Of a stretch of DNA of 64,000 bases, positions 10,262-19,882 are shown in pieces. Position 1 is the first letter of the stretch. Each line of letters starts with the position of its first letter. The notes under the pieces were generated by a model, which was not told the origin of the DNA, made no database searches, and was given only the letters and a program-made list of their open reading frames with translations. The stretch is from Myxococcales bacterium. Its GTDB lineage: Bacteria > Myxococcota_A > UBA9042 > JABWCM01 > BTVJ01. The stretch is from positions 77,242-141,241 of the forward strand of contig BTVJ01000013.1 of NCBI GenBank assembly GCA_045863395.1. Reading direction: 5' to 3'. Made by a program: the position numbers and the translations under genes.

Positions 10262-13200
10262 ATGAAGAGCGAGAGATTGGTGGCGCTGATCTGCGCGGTA
10301 GCGACCTTGTTGGCGGTTTCGTGTGGAGGCGGCCATGACGTGGCATCAGACATCACGATACCGTCTGACACGGGCTCAGGAGGCGATGGCGACACCCTGG
10401 GAGCCGATGCCACCGATGACTCCGGCGGCGCCGCGGGCGACGCGGCCATAGATGACACAGCGGACGCTACCTCCGCGGCAGACGCCGGAGACTCCACGCC
10501 GTCGCCAGATTCGGGCGACTCGGCAAACGCAGACACCGCCCAGCCGGGCTGCGGGTCGGACGCAGACTGCCCGGCAACGCAGCACTGCGGCGCCGGCGCC
10601 TGCATCGACGATATCTGCGCTCAGGGCACGGTCGCCTGCAAGGACGGCGACATCTGGGAGTGCAACGCCAGCGGCAGCGGCGAGACCAAGGCCGCCGACT
10701 GCCAGGGGCTCGGCTGCGAGGACGCGGCGTGCCTGGGCCCTGCGTGGATTGAGATCGCGCCCCTGGGCACCGACATCGTGGCGGTCGGGCAGAGCCTGAC
10801 GCTGACCGCAACCGCATGGGATCCCGCGGGCGCCCCCGTCTCCGTCCCGATCACCTGGGCGTCCAGCGACCCGACCATCCTCGACGCGACCGGGGCCGGC
10901 GTGGTCACGGGCCTCGTCGCGGGTGGCGGCGACAAGCTGGCGCCCGACGGGACTCTGGTGGTGACCGCCACGGCCGGCGGCACCACCGAGAGCATCGCCC
11001 TCCAGGTGGTGCAGCTCGACCAGGGCTCGGGGCTCCAGTTCGTGCAGGTGGCGTTGTCCGCCGACCCGGGCTCGGACGGCCGCGCCCACTACGACGGCGT
11101 CTACCAGACGAAGACGAGCCCCCCGGTCAACGCGTGCAACCCTTACGGCGCAGGGCCCTGCTCGTGGCACGTCGCCGATGCCCGCGTGTTTGCCGGCGCC
11201 GACATCGAGGTCCAGGCGCTCGGCGCAGGCAAGTGGTCCTCCTTCGGCAAGGGGCTCCTCGAGTACCCGGCCCTGGTCAACGCCGATGGGCTCGCCGTCG
11301 CCCCACCGGCACCTCGCCCCCTCGCGATCACGTGGAGCAGCAGCGATCCTGCCGTCGCCGTCGTCGAGGGTGGCTTCGTGCGCGGCGTCTCCCCGGGGGC
11401 GGCGACCATCGGCGCCACCATCGGGCCCCAGACGTGGACCCTGGACGTGGTGGTCTATGATCAATACGGCTACCACCCCACCGACGGCTTCGTCTCGGGC
11501 GTGGATCCCGAGGACGGCCACCTCGTCCTGTTCAGCTCATCGGCGGGCGCGGCCATCGCGGGCACCCACGACGCCGTCCGCTACGTCGACCTGGCCGACT
11601 ACCGCAACCTGGACTTCCGCCCGAGCCAGCACGGCCCGCAGGGTGTCCGGCTGGTGGAGCACCTGGGCGGCACCTTCGAGAAGCACCCCGGCTTCGGCTG
11701 CGGCATGGTCCAGGGGGCGGGCTCCGTCGTGTGGCTCTTCAACGGGTGGACGGCGATCCCCTTCGACACCGCCACGGCGACCCAGGTGGGCGGGCTGCAC
11801 AAGGTCATGTGGCGCCCCGACGGGGCCGCGACGGGCGCCAACGCCGTGTGCAGCGGCGTGTTCGTGAAGGCTGGCGGGCGCGACTGGCTGATCGGCTTCG
11901 ACGCCAAGCCGACCACCTACGCTGCCTTCGTGGCGGACGTCACCGATCTCGTCACGGGCGACGTGACCGCCATCGGTGTCGACGACGCGCTGTTCACCCA
12001 GAGCCCCGCGCTGGAGTTCTACAGCCCGACGCTGTGGGACGACGGGGCTGACCAGTGGCTCCTCTTCATGGAGCAGACGCCCAAGAACGACGCGACCAAG
12101 CCCAACAAGCTGCGCGCCGCGCGCCTCACGGCGAGCGGCGGGAGCCTCCTCGTCGAGCCGGACACGACGCGGACCATCGAGACGGCCCCTACGCCCAACG
12201 CCCCCGACGACCAGGGAGAGGCGCCGGCGCTGATCGTGGCCAGCGCGGGCGGTGCTCCCTTCGTGTTCGTCGGCAACAAGGATGGCGTCACGGTGATTGA
12301 CGCCGTGGCCTGGGACATCGTCCACATGGGTCCGGCGGGCTCCATCGACCCGGCGCTCCAGGACCTGGACACGCGGCGCTTCGGCCAGAATATCAAGGCC
12401 TTCGCGCTCTCGCCGGACGGCGCAACGCTGTACGCGCTCCCCGAGACCTCCTACCCCGTGGCGCCCTTCTTCAACACCAAGGTGGAGTGGAAGAACGCGA
12501 ACGGCGCCACCCAGTCCACGAACATGACCGTCCACCGCCTCGCCCTCATCGATCTCACGGGCGCGCTGCCCCGCCTGATGGTGGACCCGGCGACGGACCC
12601 GAGCGAGTGCTTCCTCGTCGCCGGGTGCACGGCGGAGCAGCGGCAGTACGGGTATGACCTGAACCTGCTCGCGCTCAAGCGGTGGATGCTCGACACCGGC
12701 TTCGCCCCGAGCACCGGCGCCATCCTGCCGCCCCAGGCGATGAACGTGCGTCAGCTCGCGGTCGGCGAGAACGCCGTGTTCCTCATCGGGCGCGACAACC
12801 CGGACGGCGTCGGCACGGCGCTCGGCAACCTGTCCGACGTGGCCGTCATCGATCTCGCGACCGGGCGCATGCCGGTGTTCCGCGGGTGGCGCAGCGACCC
12901 GGGCAAGCTGCTCGGCCTGTCGGACCCCTTCGGCTTCCGGGTCGGCGAGGGGGACGCGCTGCTCGGCGACGCCCGCGTGAAGAACGCCGGAGTCCTCTAT
13001 GTGGCCGGCCCCCCGCCGGCCGAGAAGGCGGGAGACGGCGCCCCCCACGGCGAGGACGCCCCCATGGAGCACACCGGGGCCTACGCCGACGCGCCGGCAC
13101 CAGCGTCCGAGCCAGGTCACCTGCTGCTGCTGTCGTCCTCTCACCAGAAGGCGAGCGACGGCACCCACGACGTCGTCCGGCGCCTCGATCTCTCCAAGGC

Positions 13201-14518
13201 CGACTGGCCGGAGCAGGACTTCGATCCGGCGACCGCAGGGGCTCAAGGCAAGGGGCTGACCTACCACGTAAAGGGCGAGACCATCCCCTGGTCTGGCGGC
13301 TGCGGCGTGATCCGGGGCCTGGGCAGCGAGGTGTGGCTCTTCAACGGTGACGCAGCGGTGCGCTTCGACACGGCGACCCTGACGCAGGGCACGGGCCAGG
13401 TGACCTTCGACCCCGACCCTGCGAACCCCACGGCGCGTGTCTGCACGGGCGCGCTGGCGCAGGTGGGCGGCAAGACGCTCCTGTACGGGGTCAACGTGGA
13501 TCTGAAGCCCACCCCGCTCCTCTTCGTGGCCGACGTGACGGGCCTCTCCGGGAACGTGGCGGCGGCTCCGGTCACCAGCCCCTTCTTCGCCCCGATGCCA
13601 GGCGCGGACCCTTACACCGTCCGGTACGTGCAGGCGCTCATCCACGACGGGGAGCTGTGGCTCCTCGAGCGCAACGACCCCTGGAACAACCTGCGCAACG
13701 CCGTCCACCGGGCCCCGATCGGCGCCGACGGGAGCCTGGCCTTCGACATGAGCCGCGCGTCGGACATCGTCGCAGGCTGGACCACCAGCGGAGACCCGGG
13801 GATGGTCCTCGCCCCCGTCCTCGGCACGCCCCACCTGTTCGTCGGCAACCAGGGGTCGATCAGCGTCTTCGACGTGTCCGGGCCACCGGTGCGCCTCAAC
13901 TACAACACGGACGGCGATGGCGTGCAGGACGACCTGGACACCGCCTGGTATGGCCGCGGCATCCAGGCCTTCGCGGTCTCGCCGGACGGGGCGCGGCTGT
14001 ACGCGCTCCCCTGGGAGAAGAGCGGCGCGCTCCCCCATGCGACGTTCACGGTTCCCCTCGTGGGCGGGGGCAAGGCCAAGACCACCGCGGACCGCTACCG
14101 GGCGGTGGTCATCGATCTGACCAAGGCGCTGCCCGTGCCCGACCCGGCGGTCAACAACGGCAACGGCGTCGATCTCAACTGGTACTGGTTCAAGCAGCTC
14201 ATCGCGGCGTCGGGCGCCTCACCGCTGCCGCCCATGTTCCCGACCTACCGCCGGCAGCTCGCGGCGTCGGCGAAGTCGCTGTTCCTGGTCGGCTTCGACA
14301 ACGACGACGGCGCCGGCTCTGCGCTGGCCAACGGGGCGGACGTCGCGACCTTCGACCTGGCCACCGGCAAGGGGCACCTCTGGCGCGGCTACGAGTACCA
14401 GGGCATCTCCAACGCCGCGGGCCTGTGGGGCTATGACCTGGGCGTGAGCGGCGGCGTGGACGACGCGAACCTCAAGGGCGGGCGTGCGAAGAACGCGGGG
14501 GTGCTGTTCGTGCCGTAG
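10262..14518 (+). CDS. Very large lipoprotein: acidic tether, Cys-rich module, two Big_2 Ig-like domains and two copies of an unassigned beta-rich domain
   Basis: SD GGAGG; lipobox AVSC; Big_2 motifs ITWASSDPTI and ITWSSSDPAVAVV; internal duplication at about 11516-13003 and 13115-14515. Confidence 0.8.
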   Translation: MKSERLVALICAVATLLAVSCGGGHDVASDITIPSDTGSGGDGDTLGADATDDSGGAAGDAAIDDTADATSAADAGDSTPSPDSGDSANADTAQPGCGSDADCPATQHCGAGACIDDICAQGTVACKDGDIWECNASGSGETKAADCQGLGCEDAACLGPAWIEIAPLGTDIVAVGQSLTLTATAWDPAGAPVSVPITWASSDPTILDATGAGVVTGLVAGGGDKLAPDGTLVVTATAGGTTESIALQVVQLDQGSGLQFVQVALSADPGSDGRAHYDGVYQTKTSPPVNACNPYGAGPCSWHVADARVFAGADIEVQALGAGKWSSFGKGLLEYPALVNADGLAVAPPAPRPLAITWSSSDPAVAVVEGGFVRGVSPGAATIGATIGPQTWTLDVVVYDQYGYHPTDGFVSGVDPEDGHLVLFSSSAGAAIAGTHDAVRYVDLADYRNLDFRPSQHGPQGVRLVEHLGGTFEKHPGFGCGMVQGAGSVVWLFNGWTAIPFDTATATQVGGLHKVMWRPDGAATGANAVCSGVFVKAGGRDWLIGFDAKPTTYAAFVADVTDLVTGDVTAIGVDDALFTQSPALEFYSPTLWDDGADQWLLFMEQTPKNDATKPNKLRAARLTASGGSLLVEPDTTRTIETAPTPNAPDDQGEAPALIVASAGGAPFVFVGNKDGVTVIDAVAWDIVHMGPAGSIDPALQDLDTRRFGQNIKAFALSPDGATLYALPETSYPVAPFFNTKVEWKNANGATQSTNMTVHRLALIDLTGALPRLMVDPATDPSECFLVAGCTAEQRQYGYDLNLLALKRWMLDTGFAPSTGAILPPQAMNVRQLAVGENAVFLIGRDNPDGVGTALGNLSDVAVIDLATGRMPVFRGWRSDPGKLLGLSDPFGFRVGEGDALLGDARVKNAGVLYVAGPPPAEKAGDGAPHGEDAPMEHTGAYADAPAPASEPGHLLLLSSSHQKASDGTHDVVRRLDLSKADWPEQDFDPATAGAQGKGLTYHVKGETIPWSGGCGVIRGLGSEVWLFNGDAAVRFDTATLTQGTGQVTFDPDPANPTARVCTGALAQVGGKTLLYGVNVDLKPTPLLFVADVTGLSGNVAAAPVTSPFFAPMPGADPYTVRYVQALIHDGELWLLERNDPWNNLRNAVHRAPIGADGSLAFDMSRASDIVAGWTTSGDPGMVLAPVLGTPHLFVGNQGSISVFDVSGPPVRLNYNTDGDGVQDDLDTAWYGRGIQAFAVSPDGARLYALPWEKSGALPHATFTVPLVGGGKAKTTADRYRAVVIDLTKALPVPDPAVNNGNGVDLNWYWFKQLIAASGASPLPPMFPTYRRQLAASAKSLFLVGFDNDDGAGSALANGADVATFDLATGKGHLWRGYEYQGISNAAGLWGYDLGVSGGVDDANLKGGRAKNAGVLFVP

Positions 14519-14532
14519 GGCGCGAAGGGGGG

Positions 14533-15318
14533 TCAGGTGGGGTCCTCGATGCCGTGCTGGCGGAGCAACGCCAGGAGCCGCTCCGCCCGCTCGCGCTCCG
14601 CTTCCGCGCGCGCGTGCTCCGACTCGGCGCGCTCGCGCTCGGCCTCGGCGCGCGCGCGCTCGGCCTCGGCGCGCTCCGCCCCGGTCGGGACCGGCTCCCC
14701 GTCGAGGTGCCAGCGGAGCCAGCGGGCCCTCACGCCCTCGAAGGTGCCCTCCCAGGGGCGGAGCTCCAGCCCTACGTTCGGGAACACGAGCGGCGACATG
14801 GTCACGTACAGGTCGCCGCTCAGGCGGAAGCCGACGAGCTCCTCGGACAGGGCGATGAGCGCCGGGTCCCACACCACGTAGTAGGCGACCCGCATGCGCG
14901 CGTAGCCGCGGCGCCGCTTCTTGAGCTCGCCGCCCTTGCGGTTGGACACGACCTCGATGACCACGTCCGGGGGCTTGCCCATCTCCCAGACGAAGTAGGT
15001 GTTGTGGCGTTTCTCGGCCGCGAAGTCGGGATTCACCGCCACATCGAGGCTGAGCATCGCGTCCGGCACCAGCGGGCGCTCGGCGGGCGAGGAAAACACC
15101 CCCACGTTGGCCATGGCCACGAAGGATCGACGCCCGCCCTCCTCGTCGAGGGGACCGGACCACGAGGAGAAGAGGGGCTCGGTGAGCAGGCGCTGCTGCT
15201 TCTCGGAGTAGATCCCGTCCACGGGCTCGTCGTCCTCGATCTCGATGTGGCTGATGTCGGGCGGCTCGACGAGCGGCTCGTCCGGCGGTGGCTTCAGGTT
15301 GGCGAAGGGGTCGATCAT
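14533..15318 (-). CDS. Uma2-family (PD-(D/E)XK-like) putative endonuclease with C-terminal coiled coil
   Basis: PLVPDAMLSLDV, WEMGKPPDVVIEVVS, YYVVWDP, WLRW, and an AERAEAERARAE tail. Confidence 0.85.
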   Translation of the reverse strand: MIDPFANLKPPPDEPLVEPPDISHIEIEDDEPVDGIYSEKQQRLLTEPLFSSWSGPLDEEGGRRSFVAMANVGVFSSPAERPLVPDAMLSLDVAVNPDFAAEKRHNTYFVWEMGKPPDVVIEVVSNRKGGELKKRRRGYARMRVAYYVVWDPALIALSEELVGFRLSGDLYVTMSPLVFPNVGLELRPWEGTFEGVRARWLRWHLDGEPVPTGAERAEAERARAEAERERAESEHARAEAERERAERLLALLRQHGIEDPT

Positions 15319-15324
15319 GGGGAC

Positions 15325-15353
15325 AGGATGGGAGAGTCCCGCGGGCGGGTCAA
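15325..15353 (-). promoter_or_regulatory. Candidate leaderless promoter for the Uma2 gene
   Basis: Minus strand: TTGACC (15353-15348), 17 nt spacer, CATCCT (15330-15325), 6 nt, then ATG (15318); no SD. Confidence 0.5.
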
Positions 15354-15399
15354 GGGTGATCATGGCGACGGGAGGGGACCTCCACGCGGCCGCCCGCAG

Positions 15400-15427
15400 T
15401 TGCCTTCCGCTCCCTGGTCTGTATCAT
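15400..15427 (+). promoter_or_regulatory. Candidate sigma70-type promoter for the YARHG gene
   Basis: TTGCCT (15400-15405), 16 nt spacer, TATCAT (15422-15427). Confidence 0.45.
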
Positions 15428-15487
15428 CGTGCAGGCCCGGCGCCGTCGGGACAAGCCAGACAACCTGCGCCTCCCCGCGCCCCACCG

Positions 15488-16528
15488 ATGGAGCTCCTCA
15501 TGCGGCTCGCTGCGCGCCTCGGCCTCGCCCTGGCACTCCTGGCATCCCCCGCGCTCGCCAACGACGGTGAGTTCTACGGTGCGGGAGCCACGGTCTACCC
15601 GGTCACGAACAGCGCCATCTCCATGGACACCGAGACGCTGGTCATCGAGCAGCGCGGCCCGCTGTCCACCTACGTGGACCACTGGCTGGTCAACGTGCGC
15701 TACGAGTTCGTCAACACGACGGACGCTCCGGTGACGGTCCAGATGGGCTTCCCCGAGCACTGCCAGCGCACGGTGGATGACATGGACGTGGAGAGCCCGT
15801 CCTGCAAGAAGCCCGCGATTCGCGACTTTACGGCCCGCATCGACGAGCAGCCCGTCAAGGTCACCATCAAGACCCCGAAGAAGGAGGAGGCGGGCGCCCT
15901 GCCCGGCACCGTCTTCGACCGGGTCCACACCTTCCCCGTCAGCTTCAAGCCCAAGGAGCGGGTGGTCGTGGAGCACTCCTACACCCACCGGGGGCGCATC
16001 ATCAGCCCCATGCACAGCGGCATCGACTACATCTTGCGCACCGGCGGGCTCTGGAAGGGGCCCATCCGCGACTTCGACATGCGCATCGTGCTCAAGGGCA
16101 AGTGGGGCGAGATCCTCGACGAGAACGAGGAGGGCAAGCGCCTCCCCAAGCCGACGTTCGAGGGGTGGCAGGGCGGCACCTACCAGATGCGCTGGCAGCT
16201 CAAGGACTTCACGCCGGCCGCCGACGTCGCCTTCCTGCTGCAGGAGCCCCTGGTCGTGATGGCGCGAGAGGACGTGCTCCGGCCCGCCATGCTGGCGGCG
16301 GAGGAGGACCCGGCCTCCCTGGACGCCAGGTCTGCCGAGGAGCTGCGGCTCCTGCGGAACCTGCCCTACGCCCTGCTGGGCTACACGTTCAAGGACGCCG
16401 GCCTGCGCGCCCACTTCGAGAAGCAGCCGTGGTATGCGGCGCGGGCGGACTTCGACGACAAGTGGCTCGGCAAGGACGACCGCGCGTTCATCGAGCGCGT
16501 CAAGGCCGCGGAGAAGCGCAAGAAGTAA
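15488..16528 (+). CDS. Secreted DUF4424-like protein with C-terminal YARHG domain
   Basis: Signal peptide ending PALA-ND; YEFVNTT...MGFP and YILRTGGLWKGPI motifs; YARHG-like ELRLLRNLPYALLGYTFKDAGLRAHFEKQPWY. Confidence 0.75.
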   Translation: MELLMRLAARLGLALALLASPALANDGEFYGAGATVYPVTNSAISMDTETLVIEQRGPLSTYVDHWLVNVRYEFVNTTDAPVTVQMGFPEHCQRTVDDMDVESPSCKKPAIRDFTARIDEQPVKVTIKTPKKEEAGALPGTVFDRVHTFPVSFKPKERVVVEHSYTHRGRIISPMHSGIDYILRTGGLWKGPIRDFDMRIVLKGKWGEILDENEEGKRLPKPTFEGWQGGTYQMRWQLKDFTPAADVAFLLQEPLVVMAREDVLRPAMLAAEEDPASLDARSAEELRLLRNLPYALLGYTFKDAGLRAHFEKQPWYAARADFDDKWLGKDDRAFIERVKAAEKRKK

Positions 16529-16537
16529 GGGGCTCGG

Positions 16538-17785
16538 CTACCCCGCCTCCACCACCACGGTCCCGATGAGCGTCCTCAGCGCCTGCTCCACCACCGCAGT
16601 GTCCGGGTGGCGGACGATGGCGTAGCCCTCCCCCTCGTAGCTCGTGCTGCGCTGCTGCCCGGCCAGCGGGAGCTTGGCCTCGACGACCAGGTGCCCCACC
16701 GCGCGCTGCGCCTCGTCCAAGCCCCGCACCGCGGCGATCCTGCTGCCGTGACCCTGGGCGCGGAAGAAGGCCACCCCCGCCGCGTACTTGCGCTCGGGCG
16801 GGGTGAAGCGCCCGAAGACGGCCAGCTCCGCCCAGACCCGGATGAAGTCCACGTCGTGGGCGTAGCTGTTGAGCGCCATGATCTGCGCCCCCGGCGGCCG
16901 CGCCGCCACCTCGCTGATCGCCACGGACCCGTCGGGGCGGCGGAACCACTCCATGTGGCTGATGCCGGTCTTCATGCCCAGCGCCGCGAGGGCCTTGTGC
17001 CCGTAGGGGCGGATCGCGCGGATCTCGTCGTTGTCCACCTCCCGGGGGAGGCTGACCGTCCACTGGATCCAGCCGTTCTCCAGCACCACGAGCGGCGGCG
17101 GCTCGTAGCGGGTCTGGGAGTCCCACACCGGCCGGCCGTCGATGCTGACGGTCTCGAAGGAGCGCTCCTGGCCGATGACCATCTCCTCGATGACCCACGG
17201 CGTCTGAGGGGTCGGGCGGGCGTGGCCGAGGACCCGCTCCAGCTCATCCATGCGGTTGATGCGGCTCGTCGCCACGGAGCCCGCCCCGGCCAGCGGCTTG
17301 AACACCACCGGCAGCCCCAGCTCCGCCACGAAGCGCCGCGCGTCGTCCGGCGCCTCGACGCGTGCGTGCCTCGCGCAAGGCAGGCCCGCCGCCCGCAGCA
17401 CCTCCTTCATGCGCGCCTTGTCGCGGAAGTTGCGCGCCGCCTCCAGGCCCATGCCGCCTGCGCCGCCGGGCCCGGAGATGCCAAGGGCGTCGCGCACCGC
17501 GGCGATCTGCTCCTGGAGCTGCTCCAGGGTCCCGATCAGGCGCACCGTGTGCGGCTCGGCGCCGAGCTGCCCCGCCACGTGGCGCACCGCGCGGGCCAGC
17601 TCGTTCGCGTCCATGGCGTCGTGGACCCGATAGTGGCCGCGCAGGGCGCCCCGCAGCACCGGCGGCAGGGACTCCAGCGCGTCCTGGCTGATCAGGCCGA
17701 GGCGCACGCCCGGCAGCCCCGCGACCGTGGCGACGAAGCGTGTGGTGGCCTCCAGGAAGAAGGGGGCGGCGAAGATCACGTTCAT
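16538..17785 (-). CDS. ATP-grasp carboxylate-amine ligase-like protein (paralogue A)
   Basis: FRDKARMKEVL, PVVFKPLAGAGS, IEEMVIGQE, SHMEWF and SEVAARPPG. Confidence 0.85.
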   Translation of the reverse strand: MNVIFAAPFFLEATTRFVATVAGLPGVRLGLISQDALESLPPVLRGALRGHYRVHDAMDANELARAVRHVAGQLGAEPHTVRLIGTLEQLQEQIAAVRDALGISGPGGAGGMGLEAARNFRDKARMKEVLRAAGLPCARHARVEAPDDARRFVAELGLPVVFKPLAGAGSVATSRINRMDELERVLGHARPTPQTPWVIEEMVIGQERSFETVSIDGRPVWDSQTRYEPPPLVVLENGWIQWTVSLPREVDNDEIRAIRPYGHKALAALGMKTGISHMEWFRRPDGSVAISEVAARPPGAQIMALNSYAHDVDFIRVWAELAVFGRFTPPERKYAAGVAFFRAQGHGSRIAAVRGLDEAQRAVGHLVVEAKLPLAGQQRSTSYEGEGYAIVRHPDTAVVEQALRTLIGTVVVEAG

Positions 17786-17794
17786 GGGCGCTCC

Positions 17795-18523
17795 CTATGT
17801 GAGCTCGTTCAGGTAGTACGGCAGCATGACCCGCCAGGTGGGCCAGTCGTGGTCCCACTCGTGGCCCCACAGGATCACGCGGTTGGGCACCCCCCGGCTC
17901 CCGAGCGCGTTGGCGATGCCCCAGGCCTGGCCCGGGCTCTCCCAGCGCCCCTGGCCCGAGACCAGCAGGACGAAGCGGCGCCGGAGCTGCTCCAGGAGGG
18001 GGCCCTCCTCCATGTAGGGCAGGAAGTGCACCGGCGACGACACGTGGAAGTCGAAGGTGTGCTCGCCGTTGTTCCAGGGCGAGAGATCATAGGTGCCGCT
18101 CATGCCGATGGCCGTACAGAAGGCGTCCGGGTGGCGGCACAGCGCGGCGACTGCGTTGAAGGCGCCGAAGCTCGCGCCCGCGGTGATGATCTCGATGTCG
18201 TCGCTCTTGCAGTCGGTGCGGATGGCCGGCACCAGCTCCTGCGCCACGAACTCGTCGAAGCGGTTCTGCATCCACGCCTTGTGGGCGCCGGACGCGCCGC
18301 TGTCCACCCAGGTGCGGCCCGCCACGCTGTCACAGGAGTAGACCTTGATGCGCCCCGCCTCGATGAGCGGCCAGAGCGCCGCGATGAGGCGCATGCGCTC
18401 GGCCTCCTCGCAGTCGCCGCCGGCGGTGGGGAACAGCAGCACCGGGCGGCCGTAGGTGCCGTAGCGAACGACGCCCACCTCGCGCCCCACCCGGTTCGAG
18501 TACCAACCAGTCTTCAGCTTCAC
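17795..18523 (-). CDS. Alpha/beta-hydrolase esterase
   Basis: GTG start in a GTGA overlap with the upstream stop; LLFPTAGGD, nucleophile elbow GASFG, and HDWPTW. It is the C-terminal part of track ORF 17795..19822. Confidence 0.85.
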   Translation of the reverse strand: MKLKTGWYSNRVGREVGVVRYGTYGRPVLLFPTAGGDCEEAERMRLIAALWPLIEAGRIKVYSCDSVAGRTWVDSGASGAHKAWMQNRFDEFVAQELVPAIRTDCKSDDIEIITAGASFGAFNAVAALCRHPDAFCTAIGMSGTYDLSPWNNGEHTFDFHVSSPVHFLPYMEEGPLLEQLRRRFVLLVSGQGRWESPGQAWGIANALGSRGVPNRVILWGHEWDHDWPTWRVMLPYYLNELT

Positions 18524-19785
18524 GCGCTCGCCTCCTTGGTGGCGGCGAGCCGGTCCGCCTCCGTCTTGCACCAGAACTGGATGAGCCCGAAGAAGTGGTC
18601 CGTGAAGGTCTCGACCTCGTGGGCGGGGTAGAGCGCCGCCACCTTGGCCCGGACGATGTCCTTGGCCTCGCCGGTCCGGAAGAACTCCAGGGCCACCTCG
18701 TTCAGGTGCGGCAGGTGCGTCCGGCAGAACTCGGCGAAGCGGTCCGCCTCCATGCGCTCCCGCGCGATGGCGGCATACTCCCGCAGGCGATCCCGGTAGG
18801 GCAGGTCCTTCTTGGCGACCTGGTAGAAGGGCTCCCAGTGCATGTTCTGGCGCATGGGCCGCTTGGTGTAGGCGCAGAACAGCGACCACCGGATCATGCG
18901 CTTGACCATCTCCGGGAAGTGGTAGTGGAGCGACGTGACCTGGAAGTCCGGGCAGGCGTTGGCGAAGTCGATGGGGTAGAAGGTCCCGTTCTGGCGCAGC
19001 GCCTCGCAGGAGTTGAACTCCCACCCGAAGAAGGAGTTGATGGTCAGCGTGGTGTCCGTCAGCAGCGACCACTCGTCGGCGTCCGCGAAGTAGTAGTCGA
19101 CCATGTAGCGGGCGTGGAGCGGGGCCGACGGGTCGTAACGCACGATGTAGATCTGGGGCCCGACGCCGATGCAGCGGACGAACAGGTCGAAGGGCTCGAC
19201 CGCCTTCTGCAGGTGCATGACGTGCTTGCCGGACTTCTCGTAGGCCTGGCGCAGCGCCTGCTCGTCGTCGATGCGGCTCACTCCCACCCAGGCGCCGCCG
19301 TCGTAGGGCTTCATGAACATGGGGTAGCCGAGCTTCTGGCCGATCTGCCCGAGGTCGAACAAGCGGGCGTAGCGCGCCAGGGTCGGCTTGATGTCGGCCG
19401 AGTCCGGGTGCTCCTTCGGCGGGACGAGCCACGTCTCCGGGATGGGCATGCCCAGCTTCATCATGGCGACGTAGGTGGAGTGCTTCTCCATGGACTGGAG
19501 CGACCACGGGTTGTTGAGCACGTACAGCCCGTCGAGGATGACGGCCTTCTTGATCCACTCGCGGCTCGTGTTGAACCAGTGGGTCAGGCGGTCGAGCACC
19601 ACGTCGTAGGAGCACGGCTGGCGCAGATCGAACGGCTCGACCGTCACACGGTCCACCGCGAAGCGCACCACGTCGTCGCCGAGCGGCAGCGACAGCTTCA
19701 GGCGGTCGATGATCGCCTCGTAGCAGGCGGGCCAGCACAGGTCGGCGCCCAGGGAAAGACCGATCTTTCTCGTCACTTCGGCCAA
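18520..19785 (-). CDS. RimK/glutathione-synthetase-like ATP-grasp protein
   Basis: TTG start with SD GGAGGAGG; VLNNP, LGMPIPETWLVP, YPMFMKPYDGGAWVGV, LQKAV and IDFANACPD. Confidence 0.8.
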   Translation of the reverse strand: MAEVTRKIGLSLGADLCWPACYEAIIDRLKLSLPLGDDVVRFAVDRVTVEPFDLRQPCSYDVVLDRLTHWFNTSREWIKKAVILDGLYVLNNPWSLQSMEKHSTYVAMMKLGMPIPETWLVPPKEHPDSADIKPTLARYARLFDLGQIGQKLGYPMFMKPYDGGAWVGVSRIDDEQALRQAYEKSGKHVMHLQKAVEPFDLFVRCIGVGPQIYIVRYDPSAPLHARYMVDYYFADADEWSLLTDTTLTINSFFGWEFNSCEALRQNGTFYPIDFANACPDFQVTSLHYHFPEMVKRMIRWSLFCAYTKRPMRQNMHWEPFYQVAKKDLPYRDRLREYAAIARERMEADRFAEFCRTHLPHLNEVALEFFRTGEAKDIVRAKVAALYPAHEVETFTDHFFGLIQFWCKTEADRLAATKEASA

Positions 19786-19820
19786 GGGTTCCTCCTCCAG
19801 CAGGTCGCGGATCGCGACGC

Positions 19821-19848
19821 ATTGTGCCTGGATTTTTGGGGAAGTCGA
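19821..19848 (-). promoter_or_regulatory. Candidate internal promoter for the RimK-like/esterase/ATP-grasp sub-operon
   Basis: Minus strand: TCGACT (19848-19843), 16 nt spacer containing an A5 tract, CACAAT (19826-19821), in the 97 bp intergenic gap. Confidence 0.35.
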
Positions 19849-19882
19849 GAGGGGACCGGGGGCGGGCGCGTAATCGGAGGCG

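Noticed and set aside
1874..10336. Very long opposite-strand ORFs (1874..4972 and 7007..10336; likewise 11537..14038, 34127..37924, 40002..42590 and 44757..47168)
   Set aside because: These are shadow ORFs antisense to well-supported genes. High GC suppresses stop codons, and the translations have no recognisable motifs.
14533..15318. Uma2 gene as a mobile element or restriction-modification system
   Set aside because: No methyltransferase, transposase, terminal repeats or target duplication nearby. Uma2 paralogues are commonly scattered singly.
17795..19822. Track ORF of 675 aa as one protein (similarly 56452..58674 and 34913..37696)
   Set aside because: Only the 3' parts are plausible coding sequence. 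The real starts are 18523, about 57406 and 35411, supported by stop/start overlaps or a signal peptide, and the 5' extensions overlap other genes out of frame.
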